Translations under genes and position numbers: made by a program | Part shown: positions 1 through 9,694 of the stretch, in pieces | Layout: each line of letters starts with the position of its first letter | Numbering within the stretch: the stretch's first letter is position 1 | Assembly (NCBI GenBank): GCA_963704165.1 | Contig: CAVPHD010000007.1 | Location: 151,150-215,149, forward strand | Direction: 5' to 3' | Source: an uncultured delta proteobacterium | GTDB taxonomy: Bacteria > Myxococcota_A > UBA9160 > SZUA-336 | DNA: 64,000 nucleotides | Notes under the pieces: model-generated | The model's database searches: none | Seen by the model: only the letters and a program-made list of their open reading frames with translations | What the model was told of the DNA's origin: nothing

Positions 1-18
1 GCCGATCGTAGCTTCGAC

Positions 19-1221
19 CTAACGCGCCTCGATCCGCTGGCCCTCGCGCAGGTCGGGTGCGTCGCCGACGACGAGCGCCTCGCCGCCGGAGAGGCCCTCG
101 ACGACGTCCACCTGCTCACCTCGGGTCGTGCCCGTGCGAAGCGCCTGCCGGCGCAGGCGCCCTCCCGAGACGACCCAGGCGTAGGTTCCGTTCGCGTCGT
201 TGCGGACCGATGATCCCGGCACGAGAACGAGTGCGGATCCGCCGGACTCCGCCGGTCGCTCGTTGCCGAGGAAGTGGACCCGCACGCTCATGTCCGGCAG
301 CAGGGCCTCGTCCGGGCTCTCGAGCGAGACCTCGACTTTGAGCGTGCCCTTCTGGCGATTCACCTGCGGGTAGAGCTTCACGAGCTTCGCCGAGTAGGTC
401 TTGTCCGGGTAGGCGTCGGGAACGACCTGGGCCTTCTGTCCGAGCGAGATGCGCGCGAGATCGGTCTCCGAGATGTCCACCTCGGCGCGAAGCTCGTTCA
501 GATTCGCCATCCGGATCAGCTCGCCCGAACCCGCGAAGCCGCCGGGCACCGCGATCTCACCGACCTCCTTCAGCTTCGCGAGAATCACACCGTCGGTGGG
601 CGCGCGGAGAACCGTGTAGTCGAGGTTCACCTGCGACTGGGCGATCTCCGCCTCGAGCTGTGCGATCTGCGCGCGATCCACGCGCAGCAGCGTGTTGGCC
701 TGATCGAGATCCGCTTGCGATGCGTAGTTCTCCGCGCGGAGCTTGGCTTTGCGGTCGGCGTCGAGCCGGTGGAGCTGGGCATTCGCACGGACGACCTCGA
801 GCCTCGCCCTCATGCTCTCGAGCGCGGCCCGGTAGTCGCGGTCGTCGAGCTGGACGAGCGGATCACCGGCCTTCACGCGATCCGATTCCTCGACGAAGAA
901 TTTCTCGATCCGTCCGGGTATGCGCGTGCCGACCGAGATGTACTTGTCGGCGGTGACGACGTAGCCGGAGCCCGAGAGCACCTGCGCGACCGGTGCGCGG
1001 CCGCCCGCTTCGACCCGGCTCGCGTAGGCGACCGTGACCTCCCGCGGGCTGCTCCGAAGCCACCAGGCCACGAGACCGAGCGCGATCGCGACGATGAGAG
1101 CGAGTCCGACGATCCACCCCCCGAGCGGTCGTCGGCTCGGAGGCCTCGAAGTCGACGTTCCGCGATCGATGCGGAGAGCCTGGAGATCGTCGCGGAGGTT
1201 TCGAGGTGCTTCGGCGGCCAT
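19..1221 (-). CDS. Efflux membrane-fusion protein (HlyD/MacA-like periplasmic adaptor)
   Basis: N-terminal TM anchor, lipoyl-like GRIEKFFVEESDRVKAGDPLVQLD, coiled coil, LRAPTDG; last gene of an ABC operon. Confidence 0.92.
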   Translation of the reverse strand: MAAEAPRNLRDDLQALRIDRGTSTSRPPSRRPLGGWIVGLALIVAIALGLVAWWLRSSPREVTVAYASRVEAGGRAPVAQVLSGSGYVVTADKYISVGTRIPGRIEKFFVEESDRVKAGDPLVQLDDRDYRAALESMRARLEVVRANAQLHRLDADRKAKLRAENYASQADLDQANTLLRVDRAQIAQLEAEIAQSQVNLDYTVLRAPTDGVILAKLKEVGEIAVPGGFAGSGELIRMANLNELRAEVDISETDLARISLGQKAQVVPDAYPDKTYSAKLVKLYPQVNRQKGTLKVEVSLESPDEALLPDMSVRVHFLGNERPAESGGSALVLVPGSSVRNDANGTYAWVVSGGRLRRQALRTGTTRGEQVDVVEGLSGGEALVVGDAPDLREGQRIEAR

Positions 1222-1222
1222 G

Positions 1223-2401
1223 CTAGGCCCTCCGCAGTGCGTCGACGGGCCGCATGCGCGCGGCGCGCGCGGCGGGCGCGAGGCCGCCGAACACGCCGAT
1301 CAGTGCCGACAACACGAGTGGCATCGCGAGGTCGGCCGGTGCGACGCGGAGTTGAATCACATTCGTCGTGAAGGTGGCCGCGCCGAATGCGATCCCGCCG
1401 AGCAGCCAGGAGATGAACAGGCCGAGCGCCCACGCGCCGATCGCTCCGATCGCGAAGGCGAAGAGCGCCGTCATGACGGACTCGAAGAGGAACGAGAACA
1501 GAATCGACGCGCGGGAGAAGCCGAGCGCGCGCAGCGTGCCGATCTCGGCGGTGCGTGACTGCACCGCGGCGTACATCGTGTTCGTCGCGCCGAAGATCGC
1601 CCCGACACCCGCGAGCACCGCCAGGCCGATCACGATGAAATACAGCGTGTTCGCCGACGCCGAGAGCGTCTGGTAGTAGTCGATCTCGCGCGTGGCCTCG
1701 AGTGCGTGCCGTGGATCGTCCCCGATGCGTCGCGCAAGCGCGTCCATGTCGGCCCCGGGCGCGACGCGCACCCGGAGGCCCGAGTAGGGCAGGGGGCGCT
1801 TCGCGTCGCTCGCGAGCTGGCGCGCGTCGACCCAGACCTCGCTCTCGAACGACGAGCCTCCCGATTCGAGAATGCCGACGACCTTCCAGGTTCCGCGCCC
1901 GAACCGGAGCTCCGAGCCGAGCGACGCTCCCGCGTAGCGTCGCGCGACACCGCGGCCGACGACGGCCTCGCCGCTCGAGGGGTCGAACATGCGGCCCTCG
2001 ACGATCGAGACTTCGTCGTGGACGAGCAGGGCCATCGGCTCCACGCCGCGCACGAGCACGTTCTCGCGCCCACCGTCGGAAGTGGTGAAGAACGGCTGCA
2101 CGACGAGCTCGGGCGAGATCATCGGGTTGCCCTCGGCATCGCGCGCGATTCCCTCGAAGAATCGAATCGCCTGGAGCGACTCGAGTGAGAGCTGACTCGA
2201 GCCGTCGTTCGAGGCTCCCTTGCGCATCACGATCAGATTTTCGGGTGACCCGGACGAGACCAGCGTTCGTTTCAGGCTGGCGATCAGACTCCAGAACAGG
2301 GTCGTGGCGATCACGACGAGGGCGATCACCGCGACCGTGAACGCCGTTCGCGTGCCACGCGCGATCAGGCTTCGCCAAGGATAGGAGAGCGGCAGGGCCA
2401 T
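1223..2401 (-). CDS. ABC transporter permease (MacB/FtsX family)
   Basis: MALPLSYPWRSL start; RTAEIGTLRALGF motif; C-terminal PAARAARMRPVDALR. Confidence 0.9.
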   Translation of the reverse strand: MALPLSYPWRSLIARGTRTAFTVAVIALVVIATTLFWSLIASLKRTLVSSGSPENLIVMRKGASNDGSSQLSLESLQAIRFFEGIARDAEGNPMISPELVVQPFFTTSDGGRENVLVRGVEPMALLVHDEVSIVEGRMFDPSSGEAVVGRGVARRYAGASLGSELRFGRGTWKVVGILESGGSSFESEVWVDARQLASDAKRPLPYSGLRVRVAPGADMDALARRIGDDPRHALEATREIDYYQTLSASANTLYFIVIGLAVLAGVGAIFGATNTMYAAVQSRTAEIGTLRALGFSRASILFSFLFESVMTALFAFAIGAIGAWALGLFISWLLGGIAFGAATFTTNVIQLRVAPADLAMPLVLSALIGVFGGLAPAARAARMRPVDALRRA

Positions 2402-2406
2402 GACGC

Positions 2407-3573
2407 CTAGAACACCTCGCGCAGCGATTGCGCGACGCTTCGCTTCGAAGCTCCGAGCGCGGGCAGCCAGCCGGAGACGATCCCGATGAAGAACGCGAGG
2501 AATACGGCCTGTACGAGGATCGCGTCGCTGACGACGAATCCCGTGAGAGGTCCGAGCTGCGCGCCCCCCGTGTCCGTGGTCGATCGAAGCATCGACGTCA
2601 ACGCGAGCGAGAGCAGCGCGCCGACGGCACCCGCGAGGGTCGAGAGCAGGACGGCCTCGGCGAGCAACGTCGCGAAGATCATGCGGTTGCGAAATCCGAT
2701 CGCCTTCAAAATCGCGATCTCGCCCACGCGCTCGCGAACCGACAGGCTCGCGGTGTTCGCAGCGATGAAGACGATGCAGAGCGTGACGATGCCCGCGACG
2801 ATCAGGATGACCGTCACGATTCCCTTCAAGTTGCCGAAGAAGTTCCCGAAGAAGCTCTTCTCGGTCTCGGACGCCGTCTCCGCCTCGCTGTTCCGAAACA
2901 TCTCGTCGATCTGCCGCATGACCGGAGTCACGCGCTCGGGATCGTCGATTCGTGACCAGATCATGCCGGTCACGTCGAAGGCCGAGCCCGCCGACTGCAG
3001 GGCCTGCACCAGATACTCGCGTTGGAAGTAGAACTGCGGGGACTGCGCGTTCGGCACTTCGCCTACGATTCGGAACGACAGCTCGAGCGGGAAGACGGTG
3101 CTCTGGAGTGTGACGACGTCCCCGACCTTCCACCTCATCTTGTCGAGCGTGCCGCGGCCCACGAGAGCCGCGTCGCGATACCTCCGGAAGTCCGCGAGCG
3201 CATCGGGCGCGATCTTCCAGTCCTCGTAGACCCGGCCGAAGTCTTCCGGGTCGACGGCAAAGTTCGGGAACTGCACGCCCTTGGTCGGGTCCGCCGCGCC
3301 GCCGAACCACTGCCAGCTGACCGCGGCGACGACGCCCGGAATGCCGCGCACCTTCTGCAGGTACGAGTACGGCATGCTGTAGACCATGCCCGCTTGATTG
3401 TGCGTCGAGATGCGGGTGTTCGAGGCGATCGAGGTCAGAAGACCGTCCATGCCGGCGGGCATCGTGCGCAGGATGCAGACGAGGGCGATCGCCAACGCGA
3501 TCGCCGCGGCGGTGAGCAGCGAGCGGAGCTTGTTGCGCCCGAGATTCCGCAGGATGAACGGCAGGAACTTCAC
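2407..3573 (-). CDS. ABC transporter permease (MacB/FtsX family)
   Basis: GTG start [34 protein letters not shown] motif. Confidence 0.9.
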   Translation of the reverse strand: MKFLPFILRNLGRNKLRSLLTAAAIALAIALVCILRTMPAGMDGLLTSIASNTRISTHNQAGMVYSMPYSYLQKVRGIPGVVAAVSWQWFGGAADPTKGVQFPNFAVDPEDFGRVYEDWKIAPDALADFRRYRDAALVGRGTLDKMRWKVGDVVTLQSTVFPLELSFRIVGEVPNAQSPQFYFQREYLVQALQSAGSAFDVTGMIWSRIDDPERVTPVMRQIDEMFRNSEAETASETEKSFFGNFFGNLKGIVTVILIVAGIVTLCIVFIAANTASLSVRERVGEIAILKAIGFRNRMIFATLLAEAVLLSTLAGAVGALLSLALTSMLRSTTDTGGAQLGPLTGFVVSDAILVQAVFLAFFIGIVSGWLPALGASKRSVAQSLREVF

Positions 3574-4313
3574 CGCGATGCCGCCAGCTCGCGCGATCCG
3601 CCACCCGGTCGTGTCTCGAGCAGCACGCCCTTGTCGAGGTGGATCACCTCGTCCACCCATTTCTCGGCGCGTGGATCGTGCGTGACGATCACGACGGTCT
3701 TTCCGAAGTCGCGCTTCAGGGTCTGAAGCAGCGAGAGGATCTCCTCGGCGTTTCGCGCGTCGAGGTCTCCCGTCGGCTCGTCCGCGACGATCAGGTCCGC
3801 GTCGCTCACGATCGCGCGCGCGATCGCCACGCGCTGCTGCTCACCTCCGGACAGCTGCCTCGGGAGGTGCGTCGCGCGTTCCTGCAGGCCCACGATCCGC
3901 AGCGCCGTCTCGGCGCGCTTGCGCCGCTCGGTGCGCGAGAGCTTCGTGAGCAGGAGCGGGAGCTCCACGTTCTCGACCGCCGACAGAACCGGGATCAGAT
4001 TGAAGAACTGGAAGACGAAGCCGACCGTCCGCGCCCGGAACTCGGCGAGCTGGTCCTCGCTGAGTTCGTTCAGCCGATTCTCCCCGACGTTCACCTCGCC
4101 CGAGCTCGGCCGATCCAGTCCGGCGAGCACGTTCAAGAGCGTGGATTTGCCCGAGCCCGAGGGGCCCATCAGCGCGACGAAGCGACCTTTCGGTACGTGC
4201 AAGCTCACGTTCTTCAGCGCGTGGATCGCGTCCGCGCCGCGCTGATAGACACGGGAGACGTCGAGAAGGTCGATCAAGGGCGACTCCTCGCCAGCTGCGA
4301 AGGGCCCGATCAT
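3570..4313 (-). CDS. ABC transporter ATP-binding protein (LolD/MacB-like)
   Basis: Walker [33 protein letters not shown]. Confidence 0.95.
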   Translation of the reverse strand: MIGPFAAGEESPLIDLLDVSRVYQRGADAIHALKNVSLHVPKGRFVALMGPSGSGKSTLLNVLAGLDRPSSGEVNVGENRLNELSEDQLAEFRARTVGFVFQFFNLIPVLSAVENVELPLLLTKLSRTERRKRAETALRIVGLQERATHLPRQLSGGEQQRVAIARAIVSDADLIVADEPTGDLDARNAEEILSLLQTLKRDFGKTVVIVTHDPRAEKWVDEVIHLDKGVLLETRPGGGSRELAASR

Positions 4314-4358
4314 ATCGGATCGGACCCTCGGTCGCGCTGCCTCGGGAGTCCTCTGCCC

Positions 4359-6176
4359 CTACAAGCCGTGTCGGAGTTCGGTGACCACGCGAATCAGGCC
4401 GTCGAGCACACGACGGACGTCGCGGTCCACGGGAGGCGGCGTCCGTCGGGGGCCGTCGGGGTTCAGGTCCTGATGGTTCACGAACGCCGCGATCACGCGC
4501 ATCAGCCCGTCGCACCCGAGCCTGCGCCGGTGGCGCAGAAGGCGATCCGTCGCGTACTCGGCACCGTCCCCGGTGATGCGCTCGCGTCGATTGATCACCG
4601 CGCTGCGATTCGCGACCTCGGCCAGGAGCTCGGGAAGTCCTCGGCGTTCGTGCCGCGAAGCGGCGCGAAGGAGTGCTAGGTACTCCCGTTGCAGCTCACG
4701 GGCGCGGCGCGCGCGTGTGGGTGTGCAGGCGCGATCCGCGCGCTTCGAGTAGCTCGAGCTCGCGAGCTCGACCAGCTCTCGCGCGCTCAGGTTCCGCTCC
4801 CCGCTCGCGAAGCGCCGTGTGAGCTCGCGCAGCAGGTCGCGGGTGCTGAAGATCGCGTTCCAGGTCAGCCCGTCGGCGGCCTTCGACGGCCCGCGCAACG
4901 CGCGCGCTCGCTCGAAGTACGCGTGCGCGCGGCGCAGCCGCGCGAGCGTGGGAGCTCGCGTGCGCGCGATCCAGGCGCCGGTCGCGACGCTGAATCCGAG
5001 CTTGTGGACGAAGAGGCGCGTCTTGGTCGCTTCGAACTCCGCGTCGAAGATGCGCAGCAGCGGGTCGCGTCGGAAGCTCGCGAGCGGGCGCTTGCGGCCG
5101 GTCGAGACGAAGTCGCGGATCTGCGCGAAGCACTGCGCGACGAAGCGCGCCTTCACGCGCTGTTCGGGAATGGTCGTCGACCAGCGATCGTCGTCGTCGA
5201 AGCGGTACTCGCGGTGGTACAGTCCGAACTGGCGCACCGACCCATAGTCGATGATGCCGCCGTTCGCGAGTACGTTGTCGCCGTCCCAGTCCAGCCAGCA
5301 GAAGATGTACTCGCTCTCGAACGTCGCCGCGGCGCGCGCGAAGACGCGGGCGGTCTCTTCGGCCATGAATCGGATCCGCTCCGGACCGGGGGGAAGTTCC
5401 GGCCAGTCGCGATTCGCGATCTGGCGTTCGCAGAAGAGATCGACCGCCGCGCGGAGTCTCTCGAGATCGTTTTGCTTGAGCGGCGCGAACAGGTGCGAGG
5501 GCCGGATCAGATTCCGCCCGGCTCGCACGTTGATCGCTTGGCCGTTCGGAAGTGCGATCACGGCCAGCACGCGCTCGGTCTCGATGCCGTTGCGGTGGAA
5601 GGTTTCGGAGAGGAGAGCGGCGGCGATGCCCTCACCGAGCGCGGCGGTCCCGCAGCCATAGGAAGCCTGGTTGGATCCAGAACGGAAGAAGCGCCCCTCG
5701 ATGGCCGTCGCCGGACACAGACGTGTGACGCCGGTTCCGCAGCTCGAAACGTCCCAGGTGATTCCCGCATGGCGGACCGTGCCGTTCCAGATGCTCCGTC
5801 CATCGCCGGAGGTCTTTCCGCTGCGCCCCGGGTGCTGGAGCTGCAGGTACCGCGTGGCCATGTACGACCCGGGCAGGCGCTCGCGCGCGGGCACCCGGAC
5901 CCGGTGCAGATGATCCCACTCGTTGATGATCCGCAGCCCGAAGGTGCGCAGGATCGCGCGCTCGAGCTCGCGGTTCAGGCGCTCCGGGTGGCTTCGCGGG
6001 ACGAGCCCCATCTCCTTCGCGAGCGGGAAATTGAAGAACGCCACCTGGCCGTTTCGGCGGCTTCGCGCCGAGTAGTCGACGAAGCCGCCGGGCACACGTC
6101 GCTTCCACGGGTGGGACCCGTCGATGCGCCCGAAGCGCGGATAACGGCGTGCGCGTGCGGCTCTTCCTGCGGCCAC
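4359..6176 (-). CDS. Divergent SelO/YdiU (UPF0061)-like pseudokinase / protein adenylyltransferase
   Basis: Motif order SGDGR...CGTGVT...SE..H..GI.TER.L...DGDN...IIDYG parallels SelO GDGR...KG.G.T...SE...LGI.TTR...NTDN...DYG. Confidence 0.65.
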   Translation of the reverse strand: MAAGRAARARRYPRFGRIDGSHPWKRRVPGGFVDYSARSRRNGQVAFFNFPLAKEMGLVPRSHPERLNRELERAILRTFGLRIINEWDHLHRVRVPARERLPGSYMATRYLQLQHPGRSGKTSGDGRSIWNGTVRHAGITWDVSSCGTGVTRLCPATAIEGRFFRSGSNQASYGCGTAALGEGIAAALLSETFHRNGIETERVLAVIALPNGQAINVRAGRNLIRPSHLFAPLKQNDLERLRAAVDLFCERQIANRDWPELPPGPERIRFMAEETARVFARAAATFESEYIFCWLDWDGDNVLANGGIIDYGSVRQFGLYHREYRFDDDDRWSTTIPEQRVKARFVAQCFAQIRDFVSTGRKRPLASFRRDPLLRIFDAEFEATKTRLFVHKLGFSVATGAWIARTRAPTLARLRRAHAYFERARALRGPSKAADGLTWNAIFSTRDLLRELTRRFASGERNLSARELVELASSSYSKRADRACTPTRARRARELQREYLALLRAASRHERRGLPELLAEVANRSAVINRRERITGDGAEYATDRLLRHRRRLGCDGLMRVIAAFVNHQDLNPDGPRRTPPPVDRDVRRVLDGLIRVVTELRHGL

Positions 6177-6250
6177 CTGTGCTTCCTCGACGTCGCATCG
6201 GAGGAGTGCACGGGTGTCTTTAGGGTACGATGCGCACAGGAGGCGACGTC

Positions 6251-7203
6251 GTGGTCAAGATCATCGGAAACGTGAAGCCCGAGGACGATTACACCCACCC
6301 GCTCGGGCCCGAGCCGAACTTCAACGAGTCGGTGTACTTCAACTTCTTCGACCGAGCCCAGAATCGCGGCGGATTCCTGCGCATCGGCAACCGCGCCAAC
6401 GAGGGTCAGGCCGAGATGACCGTGATCGTCTACAACGCGGACGGCTCGGCGTTCTTCAACTACAAGCGCCCGAAGATCGAATCGAACGACGGCTGGAATG
6501 CGGGCGGACTCGAGGTGACCGTGCTCGTGCCCGGCGAGAAGCTGCGCACGCGCTACGAAGGCTCGGCCGTCTACCTCGCAGACCCGCGCGCGATGAAGGA
6601 TCCCGGGCGACGCGTTCAAGGAGAACCCGCACAAGAAACTCGTGATCGATCTCGTGCACGAAGGCGTCGGCCCGATCTACGGCCACGTCGGAAAGCCGGA
6701 CGACGGCAACGATTTCGCGCGCGCGCACTACGAGCAGCACATGAAGGTGTCGGGCACGATCTAGATCGAGGACGAGCCGCCGATCGAGATCCGGGGTCAC
6801 GGGCTGCGCGACCACTCGTGGGGTCCGCGCTACTGGCAGTCGACGCCGTCGTACCGCTGGATCACGGGCAACTTCGGCGACGATCTCGGCATGGTGATTT
6901 CGATCGTCGGTGACCGCGTCGGCGGCGTCTTCCACAAGGGCGAGGAGCTGCTCCGGATCACGAGCGTCGATCTCGAGACCGACTACGAGAGCGGCACGAA
7001 CTACCACTCGGTCCTGAGGGCGAACGTGACGCTCTCCGACGGCACGAAGCACCGCGTCGAGGGGCGGGTGAACGGCTTCATCCCGCTTCGCAATCGCCGC
7101 GCGGGCCAGAACACGCACATCGGCGAGGGCATGACCGAGTACACGCTCGACGGCGAGCGCGTCGGCTACGGCCTCATCGGAGTATCTCGACCAGGGCGCA
7201 TGA
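6251..7203 (+). CDS. Conserved hypothetical protein (NES.YF / RDHSWGPR type, possibly lipid-binding beta-barrel); broken by indels and an in-frame TAG
   Basis: NFNESVYFNFFD, HYEQH and GLRDHSWGPRYW across frames; frameshifts near 6610 and 7178, TAG at 6762. Confidence 0.65.
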
Positions 7204-8513
7204 TCGCCCCGGGTTCCCGCGCGTTCGGAATCGACTTCGGCACGACGAACTCGGCGCTCGCGATGGTCGAGGGCGACTCCGCGCCGAGGCTGGCGCGCTT
7301 CGCGCGGGGTGGCGGAATGACGACCCCGATCTTCCGCTCGGTCGTGTACCTCGAAGAGCGGCGAGAGGGGCGCCTCGCGCCCCGCGAGCTGGCCGGCCCG
7401 CGCGCGATCGCGCGGTATCTCGAGGTCGATGAGCCGGGACGCCTGGTGCAGTCGCTGAAGTCGTTCCTGGCGGCGCGCGACTTCTCGTCCACGCGGATCT
7501 TCGACCGGGAATACCGGCTCGAGACGCTGATCGCGGTGCTGCTGCGTGCACTCACCCGTGAAGCCGAGAAGGAGTTCGGAAAGCTCGACGGTCCCGTCGT
7601 GGTCGGACGCCCCGTCCGCTTCGTCTCGGCGCGCTCACCCGAGGACGAGGCGCTCGCGCTCACGCGTCTGCGCGCGGCGTTCGCGACGTCGGGGTTCGAC
7701 GACGTGGTCTTCGAGTACGAGCCAATCGCCGCCGCGTACCACTACGAGCGGACGCTCGAGCGCGACGAGCTGATCTTGATCGGCGATTTCGGCGGTGGAA
7801 CGAGCGACTTCTCGCTGCTCCGCGTCGGGCCCGGCGCGCGCCGCCAGCGCGCACGCGGAGAGACGCGGGGCGTGCTCGGGAACGCGGGGGTGCCCGTGGC
7901 GGGCGACGTCTTCGACGGGCGGATCGTCCGAGCCGCCGTGGCGCCCGCGCTCGGACTCGGCAGCGAGTTCCGCTCGATCTTCGGCAACGTGCTGCCCATC
8001 CCGCGCTGGATCTACTCCCATCTCGAGCGCTGGCATCATCTGTCGTTCCTGCGCTCGCCGCGCACGCTCGCGCTGCTCTTCGATCTGCGGCGCGACGCGC
8101 TCGATCCTGCCCGGCTCGACGCGCTGATCCACGTCGTCCGCGAAGACCTCGGCTTTCCGCTCCACCGGGCGGTGGAGCGCGCCAAGCTCGCGCTGACGCG
8201 CGACGAGGTGACGCGGCTGCGCTTCGTGGACGCTCCGGCGCGCGTCGAGACCCCGATCGCGCGCGCCGAGTTCGAGAGCTGGATCGCACCGGAGCTCGAC
8301 GCGATCGAGGCCTGTGTCGATGGTCTGCTCCAGAGCACGGGTCTCGCGCGAGCCGACGTCGATCGCGTCTTCCTGACCGGCGGCTCGTCTCTCGTCCCCG
8401 CGGTGCGAGCGCTCTTCGCGTCGCGATTCGGCGTCGACCGCGTTCGCGCGGGCGACGAGCTGGTTTCGGTCGCGAGCGGCCTCGCGTTGCGGGCGCAGGA
8501 ACTCGCGGGCTAG
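7200..8513 (+). CDS. Hsp70-family protein (YegD-like)
   Basis: GIDFGTTNS, YEPIAAA, DFGGGTSDFS, FLTGGSS; no DnaK substrate-binding domain; ATGA overlap with the upstream gene. Confidence 0.9.
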   Translation: MIAPGSRAFGIDFGTTNSALAMVEGDSAPRLARFARGGGMTTPIFRSVVYLEERREGRLAPRELAGPRAIARYLEVDEPGRLVQSLKSFLAARDFSSTRIFDREYRLETLIAVLLRALTREAEKEFGKLDGPVVVGRPVRFVSARSPEDEALALTRLRAAFATSGFDDVVFEYEPIAAAYHYERTLERDELILIGDFGGGTSDFSLLRVGPGARRQRARGETRGVLGNAGVPVAGDVFDGRIVRAAVAPALGLGSEFRSIFGNVLPIPRWIYSHLERWHHLSFLRSPRTLALLFDLRRDALDPARLDALIHVVREDLGFPLHRAVERAKLALTRDEVTRLRFVDAPARVETPIARAEFESWIAPELDAIEACVDGLLQSTGLARADVDRVFLTGGSSLVPAVRALFASRFGVDRVRAGDELVSVASGLALRAQELAG

Positions 8514-8941
8514 TCGGGCGTCGCGATGGCGACCGGGTCGAGCCGGATCGGCACCGACTTCGTCCCGTCCCGGATCTGGCCGACGACCCGGTCGGCCCAC
8601 GTATAGTGCTCCCGCATCAGCTCGTGGATCCGGTCGCGGATCGCCGGATCGTCGCGGACGGGCACGGCCCGGAAGCGGATCGCCTCGCCACGGCGTTCGA
8701 CCACGACGTCGGGGTTCGCGTCGATGCGCTGGAGCCAGGTGTTGTCCGGCATGCCGGCGCGGAGCCAGGCATGGCCCCCGTCGTCGACGATCCAGACGCG
8801 CGTCTCGACGTCGCCGTCGGGTCCAGCCGTGTGCAGCGTGACGATCTCGCCGCCGAGCTCCGACGCGCGCCATGACTCCGATTCCGAGCGCGAGCGCGAC
8901 GAACGACGCAGCACGGCGACGATCTTCAGCAGTCCGCGCAT
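8510..8941 (-). CDS. Split beta-barrel (deazaflavin-dependent nitroreductase-like) protein; probable indel in N-terminal hydrophobic part
   Basis: TLHT...ETRVWIVDDGG..WLR...WLQRIDANPDV...IRLDP pattern. Confidence 0.6.
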   Translation of the reverse strand: MRGLLKIVAVLRRSSRSRSESESWRASELGGEIVTLHTAGPDGDVETRVWIVDDGGHAWLRAGMPDNTWLQRIDANPDVVVERRGEAIRFRAVPVRDDPAIRDRIHELMREHYTWADRVVGQIRDGTKSVPIRLDPVAIATPD

Positions 8942-9031
8942 CCGCTTCTCCTCGGCCTTCGGCCGCCCGTAGTCTATCGGATGGGCCGGATCCGGGGAAA
9001 TCTGGGGCCCTTGGACTGTGCATCGGCGTGC

Positions 9032-9061
9032 TTGACATCGTCAATTGACAGTGTCAATAAT
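9032..9061 (+). promoter_or_regulatory. Tandem palindromic operators overlapping a sigma70-like promoter
   Basis: TTGAC-atc-GTCAA (9032-9044) directly followed by TTGACA-g-TGTCAA (9045-9057); TTGACA at 9032 and AATAAT at 9056; just upstream of a TetR gene. Confidence 0.75.
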
Positions 9062-9067
9062 GCGCCG

Positions 9068-9694
9068 TGCCTCGAAACCGTCCCGAGCGACGACGTCGAC
9101 GCCTTCCGCCAGCGTCTGTGCGCGTCGCCGAACGGCTCTTCGCGCGAGCGCGGCTTCGAGGGCGTGAGCTTCCGCGTGCTCGCCGACGAGCTCGGCGTGC
9201 AGCCGGATGACCCCGTACCGCTACTTCCGCGACAAGGCCGACATCTTCGCGGCGGTGCGCACCGCCGCCTATCTGCGGTTCGCGTCCAGCCAGGAGAAGA
9301 GCGGAGCGGACGAGCGCGATCCGGGCGCGCGGTTGCTCGCGCTCGGGCCGGGCCTACATCGACTTCGCGCTCGTCGAGCCGGACGCCTACCGGTTGATGT
9401 TCGAGCTCGGTCAGCCGGATCCGGACGGACACCCGGAGCTTCGCGAAGCCGAGCTGCGGTCGTGGACGCCTTTGCGCGACGCCGTGCGCGCCGCGGTCGA
9501 TGCGGGCCTCTTGCAGGGCGACGTCGATCTGCTCGCCCACGGTTTCTGGGCGGGCGTACACGGACTCGTGTCGCTGCACCTCGCGGGCAAGCTCGCGCAC
9601 GGTCTCGACATCGCGCAGCTCGCGCGACCGCTGCTCTCGCAGCTCGTCGTCGGTGGAGTCGCGCGCGAACCCCGAATCGAGGAGGACCGCGTAG
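9068..9694 (+). CDS. TetR/AcrR regulator with WHG-like C-terminus (multiple frameshifts)
   Basis: ERGFEGVSFRVLADELG, MTPYRYFRDK and FWAGVHGLVSL in successive frames. Confidence 0.8.

Noticed and set aside
6891..8513. 540-aa Hsp70 with N-terminal extension
   Set aside because: The extension is the frameshifted tail of the upstream gene; Hsp70 starts at ATG 7200
9032..9044. FNR/CRP-type box
   Set aside because: Spacer is 3 nt rather than 4; better explained as a TetR operator
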